64,000 nucleotides of DNA from Patellaria atrata CBS 101060 (lineage: Eukaryota), in contig MU006089.1 of NCBI GenBank assembly GCA_010093705.1, positions 1,909,561 to 1,973,560 on the forward strand, read 5' to 3'. Under the pieces are notes generated by a model. The model had not been told where the DNA came from. It worked only from the letters and a program-made list of their open reading frames with translations, and made no database searches. Shown in pieces: positions 12,145-24,916 of this stretch (positions are counted from its first letter, which is position 1; every line of letters begins with the position of its first letter). The position numbers and the translations under genes were made by a program.

Positions 12145-12834
12145 ATCAAACAAAAGCGCAATTATGGCGAGAAAACGACTTGCTATATTTATAAATGCTT
12201 CAAAAGTCATGTCATATGGAAATATCGGTACGGTACAGTCTACTTAGCCCAAAAAATGGTGTATACACCAAACTCTCTTGAGTGCAGCAGCTTATTGTGA
12301 ATCGCGATTCCCTGACCAGGTCTTTGAATACCTCAGATAAGAATCAAGGCTCCTGTGACATACTCCGCATCATGAATCCGCCCTCTCGCGTTTCATGGTA
12401 CCATTATTCGATGCTGAATGATCACTATCGGACAAATCATCCTTACTTAACTGCTTGTTCGGTTGCTAATACACAATTCATAATAGATTATATGGAAATC
12501 GTATGCCCTATTCCTAACTATATAGTTATCCAATTTCGATTTTCGTACCTTCGTCTTTGCACAAACCATCACCGGTGATGCCCTCAAAAAAACGCTAGTC
12601 AGCTGCTGTGGAGAAAGTTACACAGCAGATTATGAAATGTAAGGGAATAGCATCAATTTCGTAATCATCGTCATGCCGGACTTCAACATAACTTTCTGCT
12701 CATATACGTATAATCATGTTTTAGGAATGAAGTGAACATCAGTTCAAACTGGATCGTAATCGATATAGAAGATGAAATGAACGAAGAGGAGCTCCTAATA
12801 GTTCATTTCAGCCGGACTCGTTTCATGCCGCTTC

Positions 12835-14713
12835 CTACGCCTCCTCAAACTGAATATCATCAATCCTGGAGAATCCAGCGCTGTCGGAAGCATTTTCGAG
12901 CATCCAGGAATTGATCAGTCTATGAAGGTGGTCCTTTTTTACCTGCCCCATGTCCTTCACTTTGACATTATGCTGGATAGGGTAATTGATCCCGAGATTA
13001 AGACGGGATGTTGGGAGTAGAGTGCATCCGCTGTCCTTTATTTCGATTTGTATAGGTTCTTTTCTCAATCCATTCTCGCCGGGAAGTGGTTGTGGCGGTT
13101 CACTGCTCGAGTAGACGATTGCATGCTGACTTGCCGAAGCAGGACATTTGAGCGTCGCCCGCTGTCCATACGTTGAGATCGGGCTATCTCATACTTTAGT
13201 AACGGTATCCAGTATCTCTAAAGGTGTCACAGACCATGCGCAGCAATGACCTCTTCCTTTCTTCTGCTGCACTACCACAAACCGACGGATCTGCGTGTAG
13301 ACCTTTCCATTAAATATTGTAGTGGTTATGTTCGACCGAGTTGAGGCTGGGTCTGCTGATGTCTCTCCGGCCGGTTCACTAAAAAGAACTGAGAAAACCT
13401 GGGGAAGCATTAGTACGATTACTTAATCTTTCCCCGTCGTCGCATCTCTCGCCTACTGTACGATCGATCTTAACCTTGTCTCTGACCTCTTTGTATAGGA
13501 AGCCGAAACGGACGAATAATACGCAATTATACGTAGGAGTTAACCGTGCATGCAACGTAAGTTCGGTTGAGACCGCGGCATTGACAGCCCGTCCGTTCNN
13601 NNNNNNNNNNNNNNNNNNNNNNNNNNNNNNNNNNNNNNNNNNNNNNNNNNNNNNNNNNNNNNNNNNNNNNNNNNNNNNNNNNNNNNNNNNNNNNNNNNTT
13701 ATTTGAAAAGCGTACAAAGATCCAAGAATGCGAATCACAATGAGGAAATGGTGATAAAACTGAAAGTGAAACGTACCCGCCCAGGAAAGAAGAACTCAGC
13801 GGGCCTAACTTTATAACCTGTGTGAGATTTAAATTAGCGCCCGTAAGTTCAACACTGGTGCAACTTACTCTCATCAAGTTCTCTAGTATCTCTGGTCGGT
13901 CTGATCGAATCCATGGTTTTGGATTGGTTCGGTCCGCTTCCGTACTGCGTAGCTCCATAACCCCCTAGTCAACGTCAGCACCTGGTTTGCCTTGGTTCCC
14001 TGCCATACCTGTTGCTGGACCTGGTTGCCAGGAACTTGATGATGAGACAACTACGCTACTCTCACTATGTTGGCCTATTGATCTGATCAGAGCGGTCACT
14101 CTTCGTTGGTATCGGTTGAAATACTTAATGGGGTAGGCGAATACAAATTATATATTCCATAAGGCTCACGGGGATGAGTAGGTTCGTAACTCGGCTGAGA
14201 GGGGACCGTTTGGTAAGGGTTCTGACCGTAACCCCCACCGGAGTAAGGTGCGTATTGTACCGGGCTCTTCTGAGAAACCGTTGTGTATGCCGTGGGGGCA
14301 TTTTGGTTAACCGGATTTCCCCATGGCTGGGTACCATACCCATAGTCTGTACCTGGCGATGAAGTATTTTGTGCTTCGTACAAGGTTCAGTATAATACAC
14401 TTGGAAGTATTGCAGGTTGGTTTGACCTACAGTATGGTGTCCCCACTGTCCGTGGTATCTCTGGTGACTGGCTTTGCTCATGAGTCTGATAGTGTTGTGT
14501 TTGACTCGACTGTCCCAGACTACCAGATTGTTCGGCTGGCTCGGCGACCCATACAGAGACCCACTGGCTCGTAGCTGTGTATAGTAAGCAATTCCATTAT
14601 CATAATCTACGCTGTGGGGAGGTTCCACGATTACCATGATCATATATTCTACGGAAATATCTCTTGTGTTCCTCACTCCACGTCAATTCAGTCTGTTGGG
14701 GCGACATCATCAT
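12835..14713 (-). CDS. DUF6590-type domain protein, copy A (multi-exon; one ~378-nt intron 13776-13399 spans an N gap)
   Basis: Hand splicing gives MMMSPQQTELTWSEEHKRYFRR...Q/Y/P-rich linker...RELDESYKVRPAEFFFPGR/VFSVLFSEP...IRRFVVVQQ...CCACPISTYG...HAIVYS...SRLNLGINYPIQHNVKVKDMGQV. Confidence 0.75.
13599..13698. other. Assembly gap (100 N)
   Basis: Run of n. Confidence 1.
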
Positions 14714-17700
14714 CCAATTCGGTCATGGCGTTTTACTCGACATGAAGGTAAGAGAGCGCCTATATAACTTTCCATGGCTACGATCCCGTAGTCCGGTTCA
14801 TTCGAGAGCCGCAACTTTCCAGAAACATTAGCTGAACTGGGTCGATGAAGAGGGTAAATCGATTGAGCTTAGTCTGGTGGTCTAGTGCATAGGAATTCTT
14901 TGTCCCAATCGCTATATGGCTTTACGTATCAATCTCGACGGCTTGGCCTGCAGTAACCTACTGAAGCAATCCTGCATGAATAGTACGTTCCAATTTCCAT
15001 CAGTTCTGTATACGCCCCCTTTATCAGATGACCATCACTTCCGTAAGAAATCCCCTTATCACATAGTCGGGTTGGCAGCGTCCGGAGGTACTGGCATAAA
15101 AGTTAAGTATAACTATTTCATCTCGGATTGTCCACAGTTCGACTTCCCTCTTCTCTTGATAATACTCGTACAGGACCGCTATTTTACATTTTTTTTTCCA
15201 TTTAAAACTCATCTTTACAATGATACTATTGCAAATTTGACGGTTAGTGTCACCATCGTCACTAGACATAAGGCTTATCTAGGGCCTATCAATCCCTTGT
15301 TGGTCTCCTAATCATAAACAGTAGCCTGACCTATGTAGCAACCCTTAGTGTGCACCCCAAATTTCATCCTAACTCCAATGACATGACATCGCGTCGAGGT
15401 TTGAGCCTCATCAATGACCAAAAAGAATGAGCTCTTAGGGCAATTTAAATTCAATTCTTATGCAGGTGCGGGAGAAATCCTACAGGTCTTCAGACTACTG
15501 CAATAGATTCCCAGCCTGCCAGTCATAGAATAACACGGAAGTGTGCATAGTATTTCTCAGAGGGTGGAGGTGTTTCACTGCATGAGCAAGTCTCACGTCT
15601 CAGGGGCTCAAGTGGAATATTCAGTCAGAGACGATTCATCAATGGACGACACTGCATGACCAGGAACGTTTACCTCGTCTTGTCTTTGCCTCTATGCCTT
15701 CTTGTATCTTTCATCAGGTTTTGAGGCACCAGGTGACTCTTCTACCCTGCACGAGGTTGCACAACCTATTTAGTTCTCTTCTTTCCGTTAACTCGCGGCT
15801 GGGGAGAGAGGGTTGACACGTGTTGGAACTTCCACTTGCAGTGAAGTGAAAGGATACTCCCGCTCAAAAACTCGGGTCTTGTCGGACTCGACATGCTGTG
15901 CCACCCGGGCTAACGAATCAGATTTCATGAATCAAAGTGTTCATAGTACTTCCCATGCTCCCCTCCATCTCATCGAATTTCCGACCTCACTGTAAAAGTG
16001 TAGTGACTCAGGGTTGTAAAGGAGTCTACCGTGGGAATGGGATGTATTTCGGCGACGAAAGCACTTTAAGGTAACTAATGACCAGAAATCTTGCATATTC
16101 TTTTAAATTCTCGGATGCAAAGCCGCCAGTGAAATATCCATAGCGGAAACCGATCCAATGCTTCCATATCCTCGCTGCCTGTAAATCATATTTTTCCTGG
16201 TAAGTTCCTCTCGAAATAACTTGTTTCACGCATATCTCTCATTCTCCAATATGAAAGCTCCTAAGTTTTGCCTTCAGAATAACGGAAACTCTGATTATCA
16301 CCCTTACTTAGATGGGTTTCACGTCTTATGATCCGCTAGGTCTCCGTAAATACAGACCTATAATCAGCTCAGAAGATATGTTCCCCAAGCTATAATTAAA
16401 CCGGCTGAAATATCAACTTTCTTTCAATTCATACCTTTCAGAGTCGATGTTCTTTCGCTATGGTTTTGTCCATTTTCATTGGTCAGCTTCGTTACACCAC
16501 GATATTTATTCTCTTTGTCTATTGGCTAATCCACTTACGCACATTATAGTAAGAAATCTCTCACAACATCATTATTTGCTTTTGTATATAATGCTCACAT
16601 GGTGGAGAAAAAGTGTTCTGTTACGTAGAGGTATCCATCTCTTTTATTGTCTTTGATTGTGCTGTACCGCACGTCCGACTCAGAGTGGCCCTTTACATTC
16701 CCTTTCTAGATCTCTTTTAGAGATGACATCGCTTCCACACGACCGTATGAGGGTTCAAAACTTGAGTTGTGTTCCGAACTATATGTTCTGTTTGACGTTG
16801 ACATAGAGTTTATAAGTTATGGGCTAGAAGTACCCTTGTCCTACGCTAGTTCTAAGGTACATGTTAGTGTACCAGAATATTTCGGTCTCAACTTTATTTC
16901 GACTCTCCCCTTAATTACACGACGTCCTTAAGATGTATTAGTCTATGTATAGTTCATATACAAAGCTGCAATCAGACTTTTGGGAGCGTAAATATCTCAA
17001 CAGTATACTTGTGCTAACGAAAACGACGCGTACACCGAAACCCTCTAAAGTACAGAAACAAAAGCTCATTGTGGGATCGTGACTTCTACCCAGGTTTTTC
17101 GATTGCCTGCGTTCCGTATAAAACCACATCTATGACTATTCCAACTAATCTCACATCTTTGGTCTACTTATTAAGCAAATTCCGGTATGACGTCTTCTTG
17201 AAATATGAAACGCCGCAACGAACTAACAGTCGTTGTTCATTGGCATCAATCGTTTGCCGCAAACCGTTGAATGGGTCAAGCTCTTCAGGTAAATAGATAC
17301 GAATAACTCTTAAGCTCAAAAATTAACGTTAGCAACTCTACCCGTAGTCCTCTTACATCCGCATGGTTTCCCATCGAACTAGTTGAAAAATACCCAATGT
17401 CTGCTGCTAAGCAGATGTGGTTCGGAGGGATGTGGCCTATTCAAACACTTTATTGCAAAAAGGAGGCTTTGAAGACCTTTAAGCCGTTAATCAGATCAAG
17501 AAAACTCTAACAATATTAACGCACTAATGGGATAATGCCTGAAATCTTAAGCAACGGTTCAGCCCATGGCTTACAAGAGATTAGTTTTGTTTAAGCTGGA
17601 TACGAACCGCAACAACGGGCGGAGCTAAGCCGCACTTGTGAGCGTATGAAGTCTTAACTACTATATACGACGCACTCAGGTGAGATATTGGTTTCTAGAA

Positions 17701-18971
17701 TCCCCAAGCTCGAAAGACTTAGATCTATCTACCGAGCTAGAAGTCTCTGAAGGCATCGAAGACTCAGTCCCGTATCTGGATTTCTCGTTACTATCGATCT
17801 TTTGTCTCATGCGGTTTATATAGAGGATATGGAAGTTTTCCTTTCTTTAGCTAAAAAAGTATATTAATGGTCAAACTGGAAAAAATTCACCCCGTCCAGG
17901 TTCCTAAAACATTATTCCAGGTACTCCTTGCTCCATGAGCAACCAATACTATCGGCATTCTTTGTAGAAAGGGGCGGACCAACCTTCATGTATTTCAATG
18001 TATCTCTGCTCTAACGTTCTATATCACCGATCCTCGAAATCCCGTCAGGCTGACGTATGTTTACAGAACTACAACGCCAGGTTAATAATGAAGCATTACC
18101 ATATCTTACGTCGTTCATACAGCTTACATAGTAAACCTGTAATATTCTTGACCATAACTAGGTGCGCCAAGACTAATCAGATAGTTCTAACGTCTACCCG
18201 GTTAAACTATCCACCATGGAGGTTTCACAACACGGGGCCTTATGACAACCTCGAACTGGACTTATCTAGCCACGCTTCAGTCTAATTGCCTCGAGCCAGC
18301 GCATACTGTTGACGGCGGTGACGCGGCCCAACCTATCACCACTGGATTGCACCCCCATATGCGCATAACTTCCGCATAAGAACCCTGTATTATTCAAACA
18401 CGACAGGTGTCAGCTAAATGTTGCTTCCCCAGCCGTCAATCAGATGGAATGAAAAGAGCCTCATCGATATTGATTGTAGTGATTAAGTCTTTTTTTTTTT
18501 AATCCATTGTATTGCATTATCTACAATACTGCGCATGTAGCCTCTTGGGCTATGGCGCTACTCTTCTCTCTATATAAATCCCTATTCTAGGGCAATAATA
18601 TGTCTAGTGAGAGTGTCTGAGGATTGAAGCTCCCCAGTTGTTCAAACTTTGCAGTCTAATCCAAGCATTAGAAAAACTGGACCAACTCCACTACATCCTT
18701 TGCTCTTCAATTCCCTGCATTATATATCAATCTAGTTTTTCCCGTATTGTAACAGGCTAGAGCCTAGTGGTATGGGATGCCCTGCATCCGAAGATCAGCC
18801 AGTAATATTTCCCTCAAACCTACCCTCAGACTTTTCTCTTCTTCTTCATCTTGATTGTAGATAGCATCTGGACTAGATAGTTGGAATATAATTACTAGAG
18901 GCCGCTCACAGTCAGCTCCATCTTCACTATCATCAACCTCAACACTATCATATCCTAATGATATTATTCTA

Positions 18972-20103
18972 ATGATGACGATACCAACGTTATAATCCCC
19001 ACCTCCACCTCCAGCGCCAGCAGCAGCAGCACCGCCGCCGCCACCGCCACACCCTTCTTATCCCTTTCCGTATCAGACTATCGTCCCACCGTTAGGACCA
19101 GGATTTAGTCTTCAGAAAGAGCCTGTTCCTGCCCCCAGTGTGGTTACTTCCGAACTGATGGCCGACTATCTATCCTCTGAATCTAGAGAGGGCCGACTGG
19201 AGGATGAAATGATTACTCTGAGATCTCAAAAAATCAAGATACTCGAAGAGAAAGGGGATATTCGCACATGGGTCTCCAACACAAACGGACGAGGAATATA
19301 CAGACAAAACTGGAGAATTGCATGCCGTGAGGCAAAGGTTGGAAAGCTTAGCCGAAGAAATGTGTAAAATAAGTGGAAACAAACCCATTCCTACTATAAG
19401 CGGCGAAAGACGAGGTAGGTCAACTGGCTCTCTGGCACTTTCTTCTACCGAGTCCCCAAGAATGCAAACTGCCGTCACTGAAAGCGGTGTCACGGGCTAG
19501 ACCCAATAGGTATAAGTGCCTTGGATGATCCAGCGGCTTAGCCATGCTATACTTTAATAGAACAGCTCACGCTGTTCTGGCACTTCTTTTACTTTCTTTC
19601 CTTAAGTTTAAGCTTCATGGATGATCCAGTAGCTTAGTCATGTTGTACTTTAATAGAACAGCTCACGCTGTTCTGACACTCGCTTTTGCTCTCTTTCCTC
19701 AAGTTTAAGCTAATGTCAAGGCTCAACCTCAGATGGAAGCTGAAATTGAGCCTTGACAAGCGGAGCCAACGTATCAGATGATCGTTTTGTTAAGATCAGA
19801 TCTCGAATAAGCGAATGGATATTAGACCGCCTACTTAATTCCCCTTTGGAAAGGGCAATACATAAGGCAGAACTTAGTGATCTAATGCTCGATGATCTGG
19901 CATGGTTGTATTTGGTGAAGAGATATTGGAACGATTCCGACGCACGGGATCCGGATCTGAAATACTACGGAGGCTCGGCGCTAGATTCCGCTTCCGAATC
20001 TCAAGAACACGCTATAAAGTCCGAGACCAAGAAGGTGAAGGCACTAGAGCCCTATCGAAATCATTTGAGGCTGAAAATCCAACGTGTACAGTCATTTCCC
20101 TAG
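18972..20103 (+). pseudogene. Disrupted paralog of the 20803-22427 coiled-coil gene
   Basis: TAA at 18993 before a Pro-rich stretch, apparent frameshift near 19252-19258, and many in-frame stops 19498-19749. Retains EEYTDKTGELHAVRQRLESL and RSRISEWILDRLLNSPLE...W..LVKRYW motifs. Confidence 0.6.
19522..19711. repeat. Direct tandem duplication, period 96 bp
   Basis: TGGATGATCCAG...TACTTTAATAGAACAGCTCACGCTGTTCTG...AAGTTTAAGCT at 19522 and 19618; differences are mostly C/T and G/A transitions. Confidence 0.92.
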
Positions 20104-20802
20104 ATTCATGTATTGCGTCAGATCCTGAATTAGGACGAGTGTACCCTTTTCTGAATTGCTAACTTACTTTTACTTTGATATAATTAAAAGCCTATTAATG
20201 TATTTATTACTGAGTCATTTTGTCTGAATATGCATAGATGTCACGCGCTCTGTGATGCTACATACTCTACTATAGCTACCCTTCCTCTCTAGTCAGATAT
20301 TACCTTGGCATTCAGTCTCATAGTCGATGAGCTTATGGGGTACCTTTGTCCCCTCTCAATAAAGCATTGTATACAGAAAGCTGATTCTCTACAGCACTTG
20401 GAAGCTCAATCCTCGAAATGATATGTATAACCGAACAGTTCAGAGAGGATTTATTGAACAAACGCTAGTTAGCACACTGATGATGCGAATCATTACTGTT
20501 ATCAATGGAATGGACATATTGTACCATTAACGCCGCATATTCTCAAACAATCGCTCTAGAAACACACTTCTCTTGTAAAAATTCTGCAGCATCTCGGAAC
20601 AATGAGGATATGCTCCTAATGAGGGTCACTTTAGGTGATTATATAGAGGTGATAGTGTCTATCCGGAAAGCCTCTCCGAGGATTTTGACACTTTGGAGTT
20701 GATTTCTGTTGTCGGCGTAGAATATGAAGAGTTTGCAACAACCAAGAGGCAAAGTGTAGATATCATCTTCTTGTGTCAAAGAGGCGGAGTTTGCCCTTGG
20801 CT

Positions 20803-22427
20803 CTAGCCCCGTGGGTGTGCTTGCCGGATTGCCGTGCTATAAAGGAATGGTTCAGAATATCTTCTTCTAGGTTTATCTCCAGCCCACCTTTGGGGAGGAT
20901 GACATGATCGCGACGAAAGGCTAGAGTCTGCGTTCACTGGCATAACGGAGAGGCCGCTTGGTGGAATATGTATCTCCTCACCCCGCTCCCAAAAATTAGC
21001 TGAAGCTTCTTCCGTTGGCTGTATGTGCAGTAAGATATCTTCGTTCGCTTGGAAGATATCCGTAAGCCAATCCTGAATACGATCTGTGATGTCGTTGCTA
21101 TGAGTCGCGCGATGTCCGACTATAGTCTTACTTCGCGGAAATCGGTGAAAGTTATGCGACGAAGAGCGGACGTTATCGCTAGTAGAACTACCATGCAACC
21201 CAGGGCCCTGTGTGTTCTTTGGTATTCCTTCTGGAGGATCATCGCCACCTATTGACCCGTCGGGATAAAGACTATTGTCTAAACACTTTTGTTTCAGTTG
21301 AGATGCTTTCTCTACCGCTTCAGTAAGCTCCTTGACCAACTTTTCGCGGTTCATATTGTAAGTATTTAGGATCACCTGATCATCGGTCTTTACCTTTTTG
21401 CCCGGCCGTATTGTTCTTGCTATTCGGGCCATTTTGTGTTGGAAGTCAACCTCGAGTGCACGTAATCTTTCTCTGGAAACCTGAACATCACCAACACTAT
21501 CATAGTATTCTTCAAGCAGCGGGTCATCTTCATCAGAACTCTCTGTACTTATAGAAACGCTCGCTTGTTCGTTCATCGATGCCTGGGTGCTACTATATTC
21601 TGTTCCCCCGCTAGGAAGAATATGCTGCAAGTCATGATTGAGACCTTCTTCTCGCTCTTGGACTTTCATTTCCAAGTCTGTCAAACGTTTGTCTCGTTCG
21701 ATCAACAACTCCTCAAAGCCCTTTAGCTCGTTAACAGAATATAAAAGCTTCTCGTGTAATTGCTTAAACTTAGCGAATGTCTCCCCTGTAAAAGCGTTTT
21801 GAGCAATTTGCTCACCGAACTGTTCTACAAGTTCGTTTTGGTCAACGAGCGCATGACGGCGAAGTTCCATATTTCGTCTACGGAGATTGATAACTTGGAT
21901 TCTATGTGTACCGACAGAGTATCGAAGCTTCATAGTTCGCTTGAGCCTTTGCACGAGTTCTTTGCTGATATGAAACTCATCGTCTGTTTGTTCGCTAAGG
22001 GATGTCGAATCGTTGTTTCCCGTTGCGCGTTGAATAGAGACTGATTTCATTTCTTTCACCGAGCTGTCGCTTTGAAATGATATCTTTCTCGATCTGGGCA
22101 CATCCTGAGGTGCTAAATTAATGGGCATTTCAGGTTTATTTTTGACCTCGGAACTATGATTCGTGCTAGTTTCCCGTGATACGGAAACTGGACGGAAACG
22201 ACCTGATCCAGTTAGAAACTTAGAAGGTCTTCACACGCTCATGTTCTCTGTCCTACTGATATCTGCAGGTTCATCGTCCGGTATAGCTGGTATATCTGGT
22301 TTAGAGATTACAGTTGAACGGACATTTCTATAGCATAGGTAAGCGAATGGACCCTGAACTAATAGAGCAAATTATATCCTTACGTGGACCCGAACGCCTC
22401 GGTGTATACCGCAGACTTTTCAGCCAT
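20803..22427 (-). CDS. Hypothetical coiled-coil protein (main exon contains ORF 22128-20803; upstream exons from ATG 22427 tentative)
   Basis: 441-aa ORF with heptad-like E/K/L/Q segments and LEEYYDSVGDVQVSRERL and DRIQDWLTDIF motifs. Candidate upstream introns GTAAGG...TAG and GTGTGA...CTAAC...CAG keep the frame. Confidence 0.7.
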
Positions 22428-23269
22428 ACTGGCCGCAATTTGGAGAAAAGGCAAGCTGTTTACACCTTCAAGTTTGTGTTCTAAAATCGTTGTGGGAAGT
22501 TATTTGAGGTCTAGAGGAACATGTTGTTGGATGTTCCTCTTGTTCGCTTGGGGGCGGAACGCACCGTAGCCTTCATACCAGCTGCACGCCTCACGATTCT
22601 AGTCTGAGTTCTGGCTGTATCTAACTAACGTGGTTGATAGTTGGTTCAAAATAGAAGGCGACATCTCCTATTCTCCCATGATCTTTAAGCTCGTGTTAAT
22701 GTTTCAAAATCGTCAGCTACTACTGTCTCGCCTCATAATTGGAAACATTTACACCTAGTATCTCAGCACCCTCTACTTACGTATATCCAAAGCCTGCAGA
22801 CTCAGTCAGTAAGGTAGTACTGGAACTGATTATGGAGGAACCCAGCAAGCCAGCTGAAATACTCGGTATGTAGCTTCAGAACCCCTCAAATGTATTATGC
22901 AAGCCACTTCGGATTCGTCTTGGTCTGCTCAAAAGCTTGCTGTGAAGCTTTGCTCGACGAAGCTGATTCGCAGTGCATAATGCAGTGTGGGAGCTGTATA
23001 ATGTCGAGCTAGAGCTTATCAGATATAGAAAATACTTTACGCATATTGCCAATAATGTTCTGGCATCTCAGAGCCGCAATAGCCCCTCCTAATACAAGGA
23101 GGAGCGAGGAGTCAAAGGCGCAAATCAGCAACATTTGGACATGCATGCTTTGATGGCGATACAATATCGCGCTGCACCAGCACTCTTCTAAGAGTGTGTT
23201 TCTCAAACCAAATAGCACAAGATCTGCTAATCAGTATCAACCAGGAATGTGTACATTGAGCCCGACGCG

Positions 23270-24916
23270 ATGAGCTCGCAACAGCAACAGAACCCGTGGG
23301 AGTGGGATTCCTATACGAACGAGTGGAGGCTTCGCGAGCCGCAAGAGCCCCAGCAGCAGAATCTCACCTGGCAGTTTGATCCCATTAGACGACGATATTT
23401 TTACTGGCTCGCACATGAAAGATGTTGGGTATACGACAACGGAGAAAGGAGATACCAAGATGAAAGTACGCAAACACTAAGTGGAAATTCGCACGTTCCA
23501 AGGTTAGTGTCGTGATCGTAGCTTGATAGCTTGCGGATTAGGTGATAACTCCAGTCTGTGCAGTCCGACCTTGCCACGTTTTATACCGTCAGACGATCAG
23601 AGACCAAGTACTGGTAGGAGTACAACGTTCCCTTCCGCTAACGTCGAGTACACGACTAGACTCCTAAATGGGCTGGAATTTCATGCTGGAGGTATGTTCG
23701 TGACCGCAGCACACCTAACTCAAGAAAGACATCATGACATTGTCCCCGAAAGGTAACTGACATGAACACGGGTACAGGCCAGCATGGGTTTCGAGAACAG
23801 AACAACCACCCGGTACCGCATTCCACCTTGCAAAATGGAGGGCCTGCCCCTAATTTGCTACCCTCAAACATGCACTCGTTGCAGAGAGGACAACCTAGCA
23901 CGGGTGCTCCTTACACACAATCCCAAGTTGCACCTCCGGAAGTTAGCGTGCAACGACAAGCCCAGATTGGTTATGAGAGATATGAGCAGGATGGTGTCGG
24001 CGGCGTTTATCCAATTCCACGTAACTATCACCAGTTACATGATCCGAAGCAGGTCACGGACCCGGTACTTCTTCAACAGGGGGGGAAAGCATATAAGATA
24101 ATCAAGGAGACAGAAGGAGAACAGGAGACTCTTGATCCTAGTATGATTCATGGAAAATGAAGTCCAGAGCGGGAGCCTAACTGACATTAGGATATCGAAA
24201 GCAAAAGCCAGGCAATGAATTTTTTAGGGTTGGAAAGGTGGATTCTATATCCGATCCTTACTGCGACTATACTAACAGCACACTAGGTGTTTAAGATTCT
24301 GTGGCCCGAACTACCCGGTGATGTTGACGACCGCATTACTATAGCCACAGAGCCCCGATTTGGCGAAAAGTTTATCACTAAGATACGGTGGTTCGTGGTA
24401 GTCAGGGAGGGCAACACGTATTGCTCCTGTCTCCCGATCCAGACCTATTCCGGAAAGGGAGTTGCTAAGAAAAGTGTGATCAAGGAGCATCATGCTATCA
24501 TATACACGGGTAAAAGTTTGCCCAACGATATTCCAAAGCCAAAAGAACTACCAGGGCGAGAGGAGGGCCCAATGAGAGAACCTATAAGAGTTAAGCAGAA
24601 TGTGAAGTATGAAAAAATGGATCCAATGTCCCGAGTAAACTTCGCAAAGATTTATACGGTAGAGCATAATGTTAAGGTGTACGATTTTGGTAATGTACAT
24701 CCGAGATTCATTAGTCTCTTAAGGCATCAGTTTGTAGCTGTCTGGTCCCTCTCTATGATGGAGGAGCTAAAGCCAAAAGAAACAGAAGAGGGTACCGGCG
24801 AGGATGATCAAGAGGAAGCTGAAGATGAACAGGACGAGGAAGAAGCTGATCCTGAAAGCGTTGGGGATGACGATGGACATGGGAGCCATAGACACGTTAC
24901 GAACGCCGATGAATGA
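23270..24916 (+). CDS. DUF6590-type domain protein, copy B; introns ~23503-23563, 23692-23777, 24141-24190, 24238-24286
   Basis: W/Y-rich N-terminus (WQFDPIRRRYFYW), Q/P linker, then ETLDPRY...FFRVGKVFKILWPE...IRWFVVVREG...CSCLPIQTYSGKG...HAIIYTG...SRVNFAKIYTVEHNVKVYDFGNV; acidic tail. Confidence 0.85.

Noticed and set aside
19522..19711. Direct repeats as a possible CRISPR array or LTR pair
   Set aside because: Only two adjacent 96-bp units with no spacers or internal element, in a eukaryotic context.
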